Positions 25,348 through 36,655 of a DNA stretch of 54,173 nt are shown piece by piece. Source of the stretch: Eledone cirrhosa. Taxonomy: Eukaryota. The stretch lies in contig CAXHJY010000707.1 of assembly GCA_964016885.1 (NCBI GenBank), positions 1 through 54,173 on the forward strand. Direction: 5' to 3'. The translations under genes were made by a program, and so were the position numbers. Each line of letters begins with the position of its first letter. Positions within the stretch are counted from its first letter, which is position 1. The notes beneath the pieces are model-generated. The model saw only the letters and a list, made by a program, of their open reading frames with translations, was not told where the DNA came from and made no database searches.

Positions 25348-26551
25348 CAGTGGCGAAGGGTAACTTGGAAAGCGGGGCATTCAATCCAATCGCCATGGTG
25401 GAAAGTGGGGCGGTGGAGCCTTACTCACCTCCCTCCTCGAAAAATTATTCGTCGTCCTCTCTTCCATTTGTAAATATCTAAACTAATTTTGATGTGAGAA
25501 CATGGACTTCTACCAACAGACCACACTTCAGGCTTGATACCCTCTCCTCTAGACTTGATGTCTTCCCATTAGTAACACCCTGACGACAAGCCTGTGATGA
25601 TGACCCTTGTTGGTTTTGTGAGAAATATGAGTAAATAGTAAAACCTTCAAATAATGTAATATTTAAAATTCATTTGTAAATCAGTTCAATTCTTCCTTTG
25701 TTTTTGGCAAATTCATCGGTCACTTTGCTATAAAATGTATCAGCACCACGCTCTAACTTCATCTTCTTCAAAAGGTCTTTATTCATGGAAATGAAGACCA
25801 AATTGCTCAATCTCTCTTCACTTTGAGAACACCTCAGATAATTATTTATTCGCTTTAATGAAGAAAACGACCTCTCACATGAATCAGATGTGGCAGGTAT
25901 GGTCAAAATCAGGCGTAATAGTTTTGCTACTTTTGCCAGAGCTTGATTTAGTTAAAGTTCCCGTATTATGTCTGTGACTTCTTGGGTGCTTGGCGCTTGC
26001 TTTGAAAAACCTACAGCATAAGCTGATTTCAACTCGCATCCAAATCCAATATGTTTCAATAGACACCCAAGGATGAAAAACCTTCCATCGGAAATTTTCT
26101 TTCGTAAACGTGAAAAAGCTTCGGATTCAACAATTTCACAATTGTTTTAAATCTTTGGTCAATGAGGACAATTACTTCATCCAAAATGTTGTTAAACAGA
26201 GTTCTTAAAACAGCTTCTGGTTCTTGATATCGACCACGCTTTTCCGGCGGTCCAGCGACACCATCCAGAACCCGACAGTAAAATTCCTCAAACTTGTTCT
26301 TCATATCAACCAATTGTTTTTGGAAGTTTTCAACCTCATGACTGCACCTCGAAATATCAAGTGGATTTTTTTGAAGAATCAAAAACAGAATTTCTGAGCC
26401 GCTTAATATAGTTTCAAAAACTACTAATAAAAATTTTAACTGAAAATCTTCTAGTATTGCAACGAATTCTCTCGCCTGTGCTAATTCTGAAGCATTCCAA
26501 TTCTCTTTATTTTCTAATATCGTTGAAAATAGCTCAGAAAACATAGTAATC
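25348..26551 (-). mobile_element. hAT transposon 3' part (inverted copy)
   Basis: Terminus CAGTGGCGAAGGGTAAC. Minus-strand hAT dimerisation motif TIPATSDSCERSFSSLKRINNYLR..QSEERLSNL. Colinear with 28318-29244. Confidence 0.9.
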
Positions 26552-26553
26552 TT

Positions 26554-27001
26554 AAATAGGTGCGAGTTTACTTTTTTACGTAACTTTAAAAAAAATAATT
26601 TGATCTATTTTAAACTAAATTTTAAAGCATTGGAATGAATAAATGTATGAAAACTTTACCTTTTTAATCACGAAAATTTCGTCGGTTACTCCTTTACACT
26701 TACATGACTGAAATGTTTCTAGAACTTTCTGAATGAGGGTTAACTCAATCCCATTACTGCACTAGGACTTGATGAACACAACCACAAGGATATAGTTCGA
26801 ACATGGAAGAGCCGAACTCCCACTCTCGTCGTTTCTATCTCTCCGTATGGTGAACAAATGGGGTCCCATGAGCTGGCGGACAGAGTAGAGAAGGCATTTC
26901 CAGCGCGAACTGGTCAAGAAAGAATTCTGGGAAGTGGTCACATGACTGAATCTGGGTCTTAAAATAAGCACTTGATAAAAAAAGTAAACTCGAACTTATT
27001 T
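26554..27001. mobile_element. Unclassified ~450-bp element with 24-bp terminal inverted repeats
   Basis: AAATAGGTGCGAGTTTACTTTTTT (26554-77) versus AAAAAAGTAAACTCGAACTTATTT (26978-27001), 22/24 complementary. No clear TSD. Confidence 0.55.
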
Positions 27002-29244
27002 GTTTATTGTTAGATTAAAGCTTCAATTCATCTAAAAAATGACATCCCTGTAACATTTTCATTCACCCCCATGATGGCAAAAAAAGTCAATTAGCTCAGT
27101 TTCCTCTCTACTTTCCCGATCTTTTGCAACAAGAAGCTTCGAAGAGAAGAAGAATATTATCATTTTCGGAAGAAAGAAACCGAAGCCTGAACTGAAAATC
27201 CAAACCAAAGTGGGCAGCAAAGAATGTTATCATTATTTTGATTCCAACTGTTATCATTATTTTGATTCCAACTATCATGAACAGTATGAGTGAATGACGG
27301 GATGTCCTATTCTGAAGAAATTGTTCTGTTTCCCATGTCTGTTATTTTGTCAACTTAAGAACACGTGGACAGCTAATGGCTATTGAGATTTGAACAATTT
27401 GATTACAGCTTTGACAAGACACAAAAAATCTCAGAACATTCTGAATTCCGTAATGGCGCTAAAAACCTTTGGCCGACAATAAATTGATACAGAGATCGAT
27501 CACTGGAAAGCAGCTTCGATTCAATTGCATAATAGATCAGTTGAGAAAAAACGTGATGTATTGTGTTGAAATTTTGGTTTGTCAAGAATTATCATTTCAA
27601 GGACACGATGAAACAGAAGGATCAAACAATAAGGGTAATTTTCTGGCGATATGTGAAGCAGTAACGGAATACAATGTTTGTTTAAGATCGCATTTAGATT
27701 TCGTGAAGAAAAATGTTAACTACACATTTTCCGGACTTTCAAGCGATATTCAAAATGAGATCATTAATTGTATAACTGCTACAATTGAATGTGAAATTAA
27801 GGCAATGATCGAAAAAACATCATTTTTACTGTTATGTTTGATGAGAATACACAACTTCGAATAAAATCTCAATTGTCACGCGTTTTGTGATTTGTAAAAG
27901 CCTCAAGAAAGGTTTTGGGGATACGTCGATGTCAGTAAAGATAGAAGAGCTGCATCGCAAATTTGTTAATGAATTCAATTGAGGTAAAAAAAAAAATTCA
28001 TCGCACAAACATGGAGCGAGCGTGATTGGCTGGAAATTTAAATGGAATGCAAGCAAGAATAAAGGAGATTTTTGGAGCGAACGTCATGTTTGTACATTGT
28101 TATGCGCATTCACTTAATTTGCTACTCTCTCAATCAGCTTCAAGTATTCGTGAATGTTGAATTTTCTTCCAAACTTTTAAGCGAATTTCAACTTTTTCCT
28201 CAAAGTTAACGACTGGAATAGCTCTATTGGATGAAATCGTTGGAAGGCGATTTTTCAAAATTACCTGAGACACGTTGGAATTATTCATCTCGACAGGTAA
28301 CTATTTTATCCGATAAAATTACTGTTCTCTGAGCTATTTTCAACAATATTAGAAAATCCAGAGGATTAGAATGTTTCAGAATTAGCACAGGCAAGAGAAT
28401 TCGTTGCAATCGAAGAAGATTTTCAGTTTAAACTTTTATTAGTAGTTTTTTAAAAAATATTGAGTGGCTCAGAAATTCTGTTTTCGATTCTTCAAAAACG
28501 TTCACTTGATATTTCAAGGTGCATTCATGAGGTTGAAAACTTCCAGAAACAATTAGTTGATATCAAGAACAAGTTTGAGGAATTTTACTGCCAGGTTCTG
28601 GATAGTGTCGCCGAACCATCAGAGAAGCGTGGTCAATATCAAGAGCTGTTTTAAAAACTCTGTTTAACAACATTTTGGATGAAGTTAACCATAGTTGCTA
28701 CATCTGCTTCATGTGAGGGATCGTTTTCTACATTAAAGTGAATAAATAATTATCTGAGGTGTTCTCAAAGTGAAGAGAGATTGAGTAATTTGGTCTTCAT
28801 TTCCATGAATAAAGACCTTCTGAAGAAGATGAAGGTAGAGCGTGGTGCTGATACATTTTATAGCAAAGTGACCGATGAATTTGCCAAAAATAAAGGAAGA
28901 ATTGAACTGATTTACAAATGAATTTTAAATATTACATTATTTGAAGGTTTTACTATTTACTCATATTTCTCATGTAACCAATAAGGATCATCATGGAAGG
29001 CCCGTCGCCAGGGTGTTGCTAATGGGGAGGCATCAAGTCTAGTGGAGAGAGGTATCAAGCCTGAAGTGTGGTCTGTTGGTAGAAGTGCATGTTCTCACAT
29101 TAAAAATATCTCATAACACGTTTACAAATGGGGGAGCGAACGAATAATTTTGCGAAGGGGGAAGTGGGTAAGACTCCATAGCCTCACTCTCCGTCATGGC
29201 GATTGGACTGCATGGTCAGCTTTCCAAGTTACCCTTCATCACTG
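27002..29244 (+). mobile_element. hAT transposon (ZMYM1/DUF4371-like transposase pseudogene ~27071-28921)
   Basis: TTF-like LFCFPCLLF, FQGHDET..NKGNFL, IQNEII, VHCYAHSLNL, ETRW and a C-terminal dimerisation region, with many stops and frameshifts. Ends GTTACCCTTCATCACTG. Confidence 0.9.
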
Positions 29245-29443
29245 ATATATATATATATATATATATATATAACATTGAAAATAAGACCAAATACTGTTAC
29301 TTGTATCATATTTTAATTAACTCACGTTTCTTCCATCTTACAGGATATATACTTAATTATTGGTTAATTAATTATATAATCCAATAATTGGATTCATCTA
29401 AATTAATAAAACCTTTATCTGTTTTCGTATTTGAAAGCGACTT

Positions 29444-29475
<32 letters not shown>

Positions 29476-29476
29476 C

Positions 29477-29975
29477 ATGATGGCTTCCCCCTCGTTATCG
29501 AGTATGGCCATTGCACGATATACCATTATTAATAATTATTAATTAATTCTATCGTGCAATGCCTGTGCATGAAGATATTTTTTAAAGTGAGGAAAGACTG
29601 CACTGAGCCAATCCCACTCTCTGAGCAACAGTAGTTATAACCCGAAAAGAAGAAAAGATCAACATCATTGGTAACCACTGAGCCGCAGGTTTTATATCGG
29701 AGTCATCCCAGTTTCCTGAGTTGCCTTCTCCTAGAAGAATGCCCTGACAAAGGCTAGGGGTCCTTCCCTCCCGGTGGTTTAATCGCGCGGTACATGTGTA
29801 TATACATATTTACACACTTTCGGATGACCGTTGACTCATGAGTTCTTCCGCCCTTTGTCAGGTTTTGTTTTTGTCCTGCAGGGTGTCCAAAATAACCCTC
29901 CTCACCAAGTAAATTTGGTAGGGTTGCCGGTTTAGTCACCGACGACCTGACCATGTCACATACATACCGACACAC
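29477..29975 (-). mobile_element. Short non-autonomous element, probably RTE-derived (5'UTR fused to 3' end)
   Basis: No ORF. The minus strand contains CTAGCCTTTGTCAGGGCA..CTAGGAGAAGGCAACTC, recalled as RTE 5'UTR-like. A diverged second copy lies at ~42395-42610. Confidence 0.55.
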
Positions 29976-29989
29976 ACACATATATATTG

Positions 29990-30720
29990 TTACATTTGGA
30001 GATGGGCATGTTGCTAATATTATCAATAGAAAGAAGCACATACACCATATAATTTTCACTTTATTGTTCGCTATTCCTTTGTATATCAAAGTTCTTTCGT
30101 CACACATTCTGTGACCTCCTCAATATTTATGTTTGTGCTTCCTCTTTTTTCTAGTCTTAAACTTCTACTCTATCTTGTCTTTGTTTTGTGGTATACTTTT
30201 TGTGTTTCCTGTCTGTGTATGCATTTGCGCCTGTGTCTCTCTGTGTGTGTTCGTGTTTAGGTGTATGTGTTTTTGTGTTTGTCATGTCTATGCATGTTTT
30301 ATGTGTGTTGGGGTTTGTATCATTTGCTGTTTTTCTGTTTGTGTCTTTATTCTGTCTTTAGCTATTAAGATACGAGTTGTTACTCTTCCAATCGCGTTTT
30401 CTATTCTATTATGTGAGTGGCCTCCGTAATTTTTCTGAGTGTTGTGTCAGTTCTATGTATGGATAGGATCTTTATTTCTTTGTTATCTATAGAGCCCTTG
30501 TGTTCTAGTTTTCCATGTTGGTATAGCACTGATGAACTTTTCTCCTCCTTAAGTTCTCGCCAGTGTTCCTTTAATCTCTCTCTCCTATACTATGGGCTGT
30601 ATGTCGTTGTCTTGTTTTTGCATTGTCCCTATTTACATCTTATCCTATAGACTACATTTCTAGTTTTACAGTTTATCTGTGAGCTTATCTTACAGACTAT
30701 AGTTTCTATCAGTACAGAGG
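29990..30720 (-). mobile_element. Penelope-like element 3' end: GIY-YIG endonuclease relic plus pseudo-LTR with decayed hammerhead
   Basis: Minus strand translates across a stop and frameshifts as NCKTRNVVYRIRC..C...ERLKEH..SSVLYQHGKLEH..IKILS..LRKITEATHI (~30410-30700). Downstream lie TTGAGGA-G-GTCACA(GAATG)TGTGAC-GAAA-GAACTT (30083-30127) and AATAAA. Confidence 0.85.
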
Positions 30721-30749
30721 TTTTTCGTAAAGAGGTATGTCCTACTGAA

Positions 30750-31160
30750 CCAGGATTTTATGATGGCGACCTTAATGCATTGTTGGTACTTTATCTTAAT
30801 AACCCGGTATGGATGAAAAGCAAAGTTAACCTTGGTGGCTTTTGAACTCATAACGTAAAAAAACACAACTCTATGCTGCAAAGTAGATTTCCAATGCTCT
30901 ACTGATACTGCCAATCGACCGCCCTTTGCAGATAAATCTTTTGCCTTTTACTATAGATACGGATATAATTGTTTCTACTTTTGGCACAAGACCAGCAATT
31001 ATCCCAGTGTATTACTAGTACTTTATTTTATCGACTCTGTAAGGATGAAAGGCAAAGTTAATCTCGGTGGAATTTGAACTCAGACTATAAAGGGCCGTAA
31101 CTCTTTGTTGCAAAGAAAGGCATCCGACCCTCTACCGATACTGCCATCCACTATAGGTAC
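30750..31160 (-). mobile_element. Two tandem SINE copies
   Basis: Both carry GGATGAAA(A/G)GCAAAGTTAA.CT.GGTGG..TTTGAACTCA, the reverse of the 33280 core. Confidence 0.8.
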
Positions 31161-31197
31161 AGATATAATACCAACCCTTTTAGTTACCTCAAATAAC

Positions 31198-32030
31198 ATC
31201 ATCATCATCCTTCGACTCCTCTGTTGGCAGTCAGAACTCTCTTGACAATCCCTTTCCCCACTGTTCGGGCCTGCATTACTGTTCCCAGATCCCTTATGTC
31301 CAACCCTGAGTCCTGAGCTATGGTGTCTGAGAAAGTCAGTTTTCGTGAATAGACGCATCCAGAGAAATAGACGCACAGAAGGAAAGATGAAATGATTTCT
31401 TTGTCGGCCTGATGACAGTGACCAGCAAACTGTAGTCTTTTTTGTTTGAGTCTGAGTGATATTGGAACCAAATCTCCGTAGATGGTTTCAAGCATTGCAT
31501 GTGATCTCCAGCTTATGCTTTTGATTCTTCTGAGGAGATTTGTATATGCTCCATCCAGCCGTCTTTCAAGATGAACAGATAAGGTCCATTTTTCTGATCC
31601 ATATAGTAGTACTGGTTCAATCAATGTTTGAAAGATTTTGACTTTTAAGGAGGTTGATAAATTTAAATGCCACATCTTGTCAAGCCTGATGCATGCATCC
31701 CATGCCAGAGATTTACAGATGTTAAAATCGTTTTGGGAGTCTATGACATGAGAGCTAAGGTATTGAAAGTTCTCGACCCTTTTGACAACATGAAGGAGAA
31801 GGGACTCCTTCTGAAACGTCGCCAGAGCAGCCGCAACACTGCATAATACCTGACTGACTTAGATTTCATCAATGATTTTGTCCTTATTTCTCAATCTATA
31901 AAGGACGCAGAATCCCTGCTACAATCGCTTGAGCAAGCATCAAATCAGGTCGGTCTCTATTGTAATGAGAGTAAGACAGAATTTATCACAACCTCCCCTG
32001 AACCATAGGATTTGAAATCACTCAATAATA
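31198..32030 (-). mobile_element. RTE-like LINE fragment with inverted 5' segment
   Basis: 31198-~31786 (-): VKRVENFQYL..IEPVLLYGSEKW..LQFAGH and a (GAT)n tail. ~31787-32030 (+): the immediately upstream RT part LTDLDFIND..VGLYCNESKTEF. Confidence 0.85.
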
Positions 32031-32327
32031 CATCATATAATATACAGGGATACAGTGTTTATTTTGAAAACAGGAATACACACAGCAAATGATGTTTTAA
32101 TAAATTTCAAAAAATCCTTGGAGCAATTTTGTTGCCAAGTTTAAGATTTAGAAATCAGAAAATTATTGAATAAAAAAGGGAAAAATACAGTTTTAAAAAT
32201 ATCGGAAAATAAAGATTTAAGTGCCATCTTGAGAGAACAGTTAGATTTGAAATATTAATGAGTGAGATTTTTATGAGAAAATTTCATGTTGACAGATGTT
32301 TAATTAATATCTTGACAAATTAGGAAC

Positions 32328-32450
32328 AGGCATGAATGTGTGGTTAAGGAGTTCATTTTACAGCAATGAGGCTCTGGGTTCAGTCCCACTGCACAACAAC
32401 TTGGGCAGGTGTCTTCTACTATAGCCTCTGGTTGACCAATGCTTTATGTG
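32328..32450 (+). mobile_element. tRNA-derived SINE
   Basis: GTGTGGTTAAG...GGGTTCAGTCCCACTG..CTTGGGCAGGTGTCTTCTACTATAGCC with A/B-box-like motifs. Confidence 0.75.
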
Positions 32451-32711
32451 TGGGTATGCATGCATGTGTGTGTGTATGTCTGGGTTTATGTTTCATAATT
32501 CAGTGGTTCAGAAAAAAAAGAGATCAATAAAATAAAAGTATCTTTACGATTGGTGGCTCTTTGTTATTACTCATCATTTAAATTTGTTAATATTGCAAAT
32601 TTCAAATGAAAGAAAATTATTCAAAAGAATATATCTGAGACACACACATTAATACATACATACATCTATATATACACACACATATGTATATATATATATA
32701 TATATATATAT

Positions 32712-33258
32712 TGCCAATTTTCTGAATTTTGGAGAGAAAAGAATTTTTTTCTTAATTTCCCTTTACAAAAGTAACTTTAACAGACAAACTGTAAACACAC
32801 ACACAACAATCCCACACATATATATGCACACATATTTATGCATACATATACGCACACACTCACATGTGTGTACTCTTGTATATACACCCTCACACTCTCT
32901 CTATACATGTGTGTAGGGTGGGGGGGGGGTATGTACACATCCCAACCTACAACAGTAGTCAGCTCCTACAACCCCCTACCCCCTTTTGAACTATTGACCA
33001 CTAGATTAAACAATAGTCACAGCACATATCTCACATCAACAAAACAACTTGGCCTCATTCCCTGCCAACTTTTCAGAAGGCATGATGGAAGAAATTTTAC
33101 TCAAACATTCGTTTTTGATTTTAATTTTAAACCTTTTTTTTACTCCCTTTTTAATTAACTTTTTTCACTGAATTGGACCTTAATAAATCGAAACCGGTAA
33201 TTTTCTCATGTACTTTATATACTTCATGAAAAAATTTTCAAAAAAGAATTGTCCCTCT
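32712..33258 (+). mobile_element. Probable old Penelope-like pseudo-LTR remnant
   Basis: CACTGA..GGACCTTAATAAATC-GAAA-CCGG-TA (33166-33199) has a palindromic helix III and GUA site, but the CUGANGA core is damaged. Confidence 0.4.
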
Positions 33259-33279
33259 ATTTTTAATAACATTATCTTT

Positions 33280-33398
33280 CTGAGTTCAAATCCCGCCGAG
33301 GTTGACTTTGCCTTTCATCCTTACGGGGTCGATAAAATAAAGTACCAGTAATGCACTGGTTAATTGCTGTCCTTGTGCCTAAAGTAGAAACAATTATC
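33280..33398 (+). mobile_element. 5'-truncated SINE with 20-bp TSD
   Basis: GAGTTCAAATCCCGCCGAGGTTGACTTTGCCTTTCATCC..., flanked by TTTTTAATAACA(T/C)TATCTTT at 33260-79 and 33399-418. Confidence 0.88.
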
Positions 33399-33431
33399 TT
33401 TTTAATAACACTATCTTTTCAATAATGTCAC

Positions 33432-34038
33432 TTTGGATGCACATGAAAGTCGATAGCTGTATAACAAAGTGCAGGGCAATAAAGATAGACGGTAGCCACG
33501 GAATAGGCAGACCTAGAAAAACCTGGGACGAGCTGATAAACTCCGACCTCACACACTTACACCTCTCCAAGACAATGTCACTGGACCGAGACCTTTGGCG
33601 GTACTCAGTAACAGAGAAGACCCGCCTTACCTAAATATATAGTAAAACCTACTCCAGCCAGTAGGCATCTCTAACAAAATACACCCCGTCCCACCACCAC
33701 CACCCCCACCCCATCCACACCACCCCGTTCAATGTAAAGTTATGTTGGTGCCGCGCCATCCAGGCCGAAACAAATGAGATCGTGTAGGTGTCACGACAAA
33801 AAAACACACAGTCCACGCTGTAATGTGGCCGTGTAGGCAACACGGTAAAAACCTCCCAGACCCACACTGTAAATGTGGTTGGTGTTAGGAAGGGCATCCA
33901 ACTGTAGAAAACCTGCCAGACAGTCCTATGCGAGCAAGACAATCACTCTTGCCTCAAGTGGGACTACCCCCATCCAAACCCATGCAAGCGTGGAACACGG
34001 ACGTTAAACGTTGATGATGATGATGATGATGATGATGA
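33432..34038 (+). mobile_element. RTE-type LINE 3' fragment with (GAT)n tail
   Basis: KCRAIKIDG..GRPRKTWDE. Near-identical to 18648-19184 apart from a 28-bp indel. Confidence 0.88.
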
Positions 34039-34237
34039 ATCAAAAAAGAAAAACAGACCCATAAACATATCTCCCATGCTATTTCTAACTTCATCTTTTC
34101 TCTATACCCACTGTTTTGTATAGAACCTCACTTCCCTTTTTTAATATATATATATATATATATACATATATATATACACACGCACACATATATATATATA
34201 AATATATATATGAAAAATGACAACCGTATAAAGACAC

Positions 34238-34817
34238 ATGAAAGACGACAACTGTATAAAAAAGTGCAGGGCGATCAAAATTGATGGAAGTTACGGAATA
34301 GGTAGACCCAGAAAAATCTGGGACGATTTGATAAATTCCAACCTTACACACTTGCGCCTCTCTAAGACGATGTCACTGGACCGAGATCTTTAGCACCATG
34401 CAGTAATATAGAAGAACCGCCTTGTACAAAGCAAAACCTATAGTCAGTAGGCACCTCTTAACCAAATATACCCCCAAACCACTACCCCTACTCCATCGTC
34501 CCACTCCCACCAACACCACCCTTTCTCTGTACAGTTACGTTGGTACCATCCAGTCCAAACTAATGAGGTTGTGTAGGTGTCACAACAAAAAAAACACACA
34601 GTTCACGCTGTAATGTGGTTGTGTAGGTAACATGGTAAAAAGATCCCAGCCCACACTGTAAATGTGGTTGGTGTTAGGAAGGGCATCCAGCTGTAGAAAA
34701 CCTGCCAGATAGTCCTATACGAGTGAGACACGGTCACCTGACCAATCTTGCCTCAAGTGGGACAATTCCCATCTAACCCATTCTAGCGTGGAAGACAGAT
34801 CTTAAACGATGATGATT
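34238..34817 (+). mobile_element. Older copy of the same RTE-type 3' fragment
   Basis: Colinear with 33445-34020 but more diverged. Confidence 0.85.
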
Positions 34818-35141
34818 ATATATACATATTTATATATATATATATATAATTATTATAACATAAAATACATAACTAAAAAATCATTTAAAGTTTTTGAGGG
34901 TTTTTTATGCAAGTTTACAATATGACAGAAAACAAACAAACAAAGGAAACATATTTGAACATATTTGAAATATATATTTATATTTTATTACATGATACAA
35001 TCATATTGCAGGTATGTTTTCATTCATTTATTGTTTAATTTTTAAATATAAGGTAATAACAAAGAAATGCTCAATTCGTTATAAAGAATTTTTGTTAAAA
35101 TTTTTTTTATACCCCGTGAATTTCATTATAACGGAATCTCA

Positions 35142-35175
<34 letters not shown>

Positions 35176-35179
<4 letters not shown>

Positions 35180-36130
35180 AAATAACAGGAGGCTGGACTG
35201 GTGTAATTCCTTAAACATTTATTATACTATGAACATTTCAATCACCGGGTTCAGTATGAATCCGGTGACATCGGTAGACGAAAATACTCGGAACGGTTGA
35301 CACACCATTGGGCTCCGGGTGGGCTGGGAGTCCGCAATGTTGTTGGTTACTGACTGTCAAACATGGGCTTAGTCTTAACTTTATATTCTACTCTGAAACT
35401 TTATCATGTCTATCAATAATACACTTAACCTTTTCATAAACGCCTCCTTCTGTAAATTCCTTAACTAAATCTCCCAAATTTAAACCTAAATCTTACTTTT
35501 CTAATCTCATCTTAAATGACATCTTTTAATTCTAAACATAAATTTTACATTTCTAATCGTTAATCGTAATTTCTGGAACTACAATGAAAAATATACTGTA
35601 CAGCTATATATAGCTTTGTTATTTTTAAAAATATATTTCTTAGCACTTTCTAGAACTTCTGACCAACTTCAATGTAACATGATCCCACCGCTAGCCTCTG
35701 TCCGTGGCGGCTTGGTAGTAGTACACTATAAGCATACGCCCCTTCACCAGAAAGACATAAGAAGAATTAGTAGTCGTCACTTGAAGGCGGCCGACCGAAC
35801 TAGAAACTGCTAAATGTGTGGCCGCCTTCTTGTCTCGCTGCCTTTTCAGCCCCATGGATGGATTATATTCCTTTGTTAAATTTTGAATACCTGATGATGT
35901 CACCAGATTCATACTGAACCTGGTCATTGAAATGTTCATAGTATAATAAACCTTTAAGGAATTACACCAGTCCAGCCTCCTGTTATTTTATAATAATTAA
36001 CTCTGTACTCACACCACCAACAACACAAACGAAGACGAGTGAGTTGCATTACGTCGAATGCTCTCCCTAATATTACATCAAGGTTGACCATACGGAATGA
36101 CCAGTTCTTTCCAGTGGTGACCCAACAAAC
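35176..36130 (+). mobile_element. Non-coding Penelope-like element with inverted pseudo-LTR segment, in (TA)n
   Basis: 97-bp inverted repeats at 35176-35272 and 35896-35992 (5 mismatches). The right copy contains a hammerhead and AATAAA. (TA)n on both flanks. Confidence 0.75.
35887..35944 (+). ncRNA. Type I hammerhead ribozyme
   Basis: ATAC-CTGATGA-TGTCACCAG(ATTCATACTGAAC)CTGGTCATT-GAAA-TGTTCA-TA-GTAT followed by AATAAA. Helix I 4 bp, long helix II with a U.U closing pair and one C.C mismatch, AUA triplet. Confidence 0.72.
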
Positions 36131-36131
36131 C

Positions 36132-36172
<41 letters not shown>

Positions 36173-36220
36173 AGTGTATTGGTGTATTCATGTGATTTAT
36201 TATATTCTATATATATATAT

Positions 36221-36510
36221 GCAAGGTCAACAATGTAAATCAGTGAAAACAAACATGGAGAACAATTGCAAGACATGTTATTAGGTTCACACTTGTATGA
36301 AATGAAAAAAGAAGAGTCTTCAATGTAACAGATGTTAGTCCTTCATCAGGAAAGAAATGAGAATGGGAGAGAGGTAAGGAGGAAGAAGTGGGAGGTCATC
36401 AGGATGGTTGAAATAGATAGGAATGCGAGGGAGGTATTTCCCTGCATGAAGATGTGTATGCAGTAATGGTGGTAGAATGTTCAGATCTATTACTGGTGAG
36501 ATGCATCTTG
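36221..36510 (-). mobile_element. Probable old Penelope-like pseudo-LTR remnant
   Basis: Minus strand CCTGATGAAGG (36350-40), followed by GAAG in place of GAAA. Helices are not recoverable. Confidence 0.35.
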
Positions 36511-36622
36511 TGTGTGTGTCTGTCTAAACACATGTATATATCTAACTGAAAATGTGTATACATGTGTGCTTCAGGTGTGTGTGTATGGCATGGGTGGTGC
36601 TTGTTGTGTGAGTGTGCATCAA

Positions 36623-36655
<33 letters not shown>

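Noticed and set aside
29509-29561. 12-bp perfect stem CATTGCACGATA/TATCGTGCAATG as an independent element or miRNA
   Set aside because: It lies inside the short RTE-like element and has an AT-rich loop too large for a pre-miRNA. Treated as part of that repeat.
31405-31435. CTGATGA motif
   Set aside because: It lies within LINE coding sequence with no GAAA or helices.
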